A DNA stretch of 63,956 bases, counting the filler, from Octopus bimaculoides (lineage: Eukaryota): the NCBI RefSeq assembly GCF_001194135.2. It is 7 parts of 7 records of this genome, joined end to end, with 100 filler letters (N's around TTAATTAATTAA, not from the genome) between each part and the next. Parts side by side here need not be neighbours in the genome. Positions count along the whole stretch, not along the records: positions 62,830 to 63,956 come from NW_026322201.1; 6 more parts are not named here. One strand, written 5' to 3'. The notes beneath the pieces are model-generated. The model was given only the letters and a program-made list of their open reading frames with translations, had not been told where the DNA came from and searched no databases. Below are positions 63,428-63,956 of the stretch, piece after piece (the first letter of the stretch is position 1; each line of letters begins with the position of its first letter). A program made the position numbers and the translations under genes.

Positions 63428-63559
63428 ACCAAAACTGACCAAAGCAAAAAAGAAAAACAAACAGAAAAAAAAATGAACCGAACCGAACCGCGTCACGTGC
63501 CCCATCAATTTTTATTCATTTATTTATTTATTTATTCATTCATTTATTCATTCATTCAT

Positions 63560-63650
63560 TCCTATGGCGTTCCTTCGGCAAAAAGAGAGACCGATAGAAT
63601 AAGTACTAGGCTTCTAAAGAATAAGTCCTGGGGTCGACGATTTGCTCGAC
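63560..63650 (+). mobile_element. SINE family B fragment
   Basis: ccgatagaataagtactagg...aataagtcctggggtcga. Confidence 0.75.
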
Positions 63651-63956
63651 TAAAACAAGTAAAAGAGTACTGGACTTTTAATTCTTCACTACATGCAAAA
63701 TGTTGACAACTGCTATGAGTTGCTAGAAAGAGAAACACGCAAAAAAAAAAAACCCATGTAGGCCTCTCTTCTCTGCCTCCAAGGCCTGTCTGCCCGTCTC
63801 TCTGTTGACCACCGACCGTGGCAGCTAGAAGGACAGATATACTGCAGCACAGATTGCCCCTAAACAGGTCAGCTCCTGCCCTTTTGAACTTCGCCTGACA
63901 TGGGGCTTAGGTCGTCGGTCAAAGGGAGATAATCAATCTCTATTATATATTCTAAC

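Overview
Repeat-rich eukaryotic draft scaffold, AT-rich, with many microsatellite-flanked N gaps and TTAATTAATTAA gap linkers. The SINE and microsatellite landscape is that of an octopus; the species (probably O. bimaculoides) is inferred, not proven. Two spliced, phase-consistent protein-coding genes were reconstructed by hand on the + strand. (1) A 3-exon, 183-aa tetraspan protein of the PMP22/EMP/MP20/claudin superfamily (4555-9087). (2) A gene of at least six exons resembling the C-terminal half of CFAP92 (KIAA1257/FLJ43738; 31943-50686), whose N-terminal exons could not be found. The rest is mostly decayed mobile DNA: tRNA-derived SINEs (some as tandem trimers), Ty3/Gypsy pol, RTE, Tx1/L1 and R4/Dong LINEs, Penelope-like elements, mariner, hAT/Tigger-type MITEs and non-autonomous Helitrons. 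The most unusual items are a ~280-bp element joining a Pol III tRNA-like head to a minimal hammerhead-ribozyme motif, an intronic 300-bp foldback with two such motifs, a MITE carrying TTAGGG repeats, and a ~155-bp segment duplicated 15 kb apart. No CRISPR array, rRNA or intact tRNA gene was seen. Repeat boundaries are approximate, and family names come from recalled motifs, not database searches.
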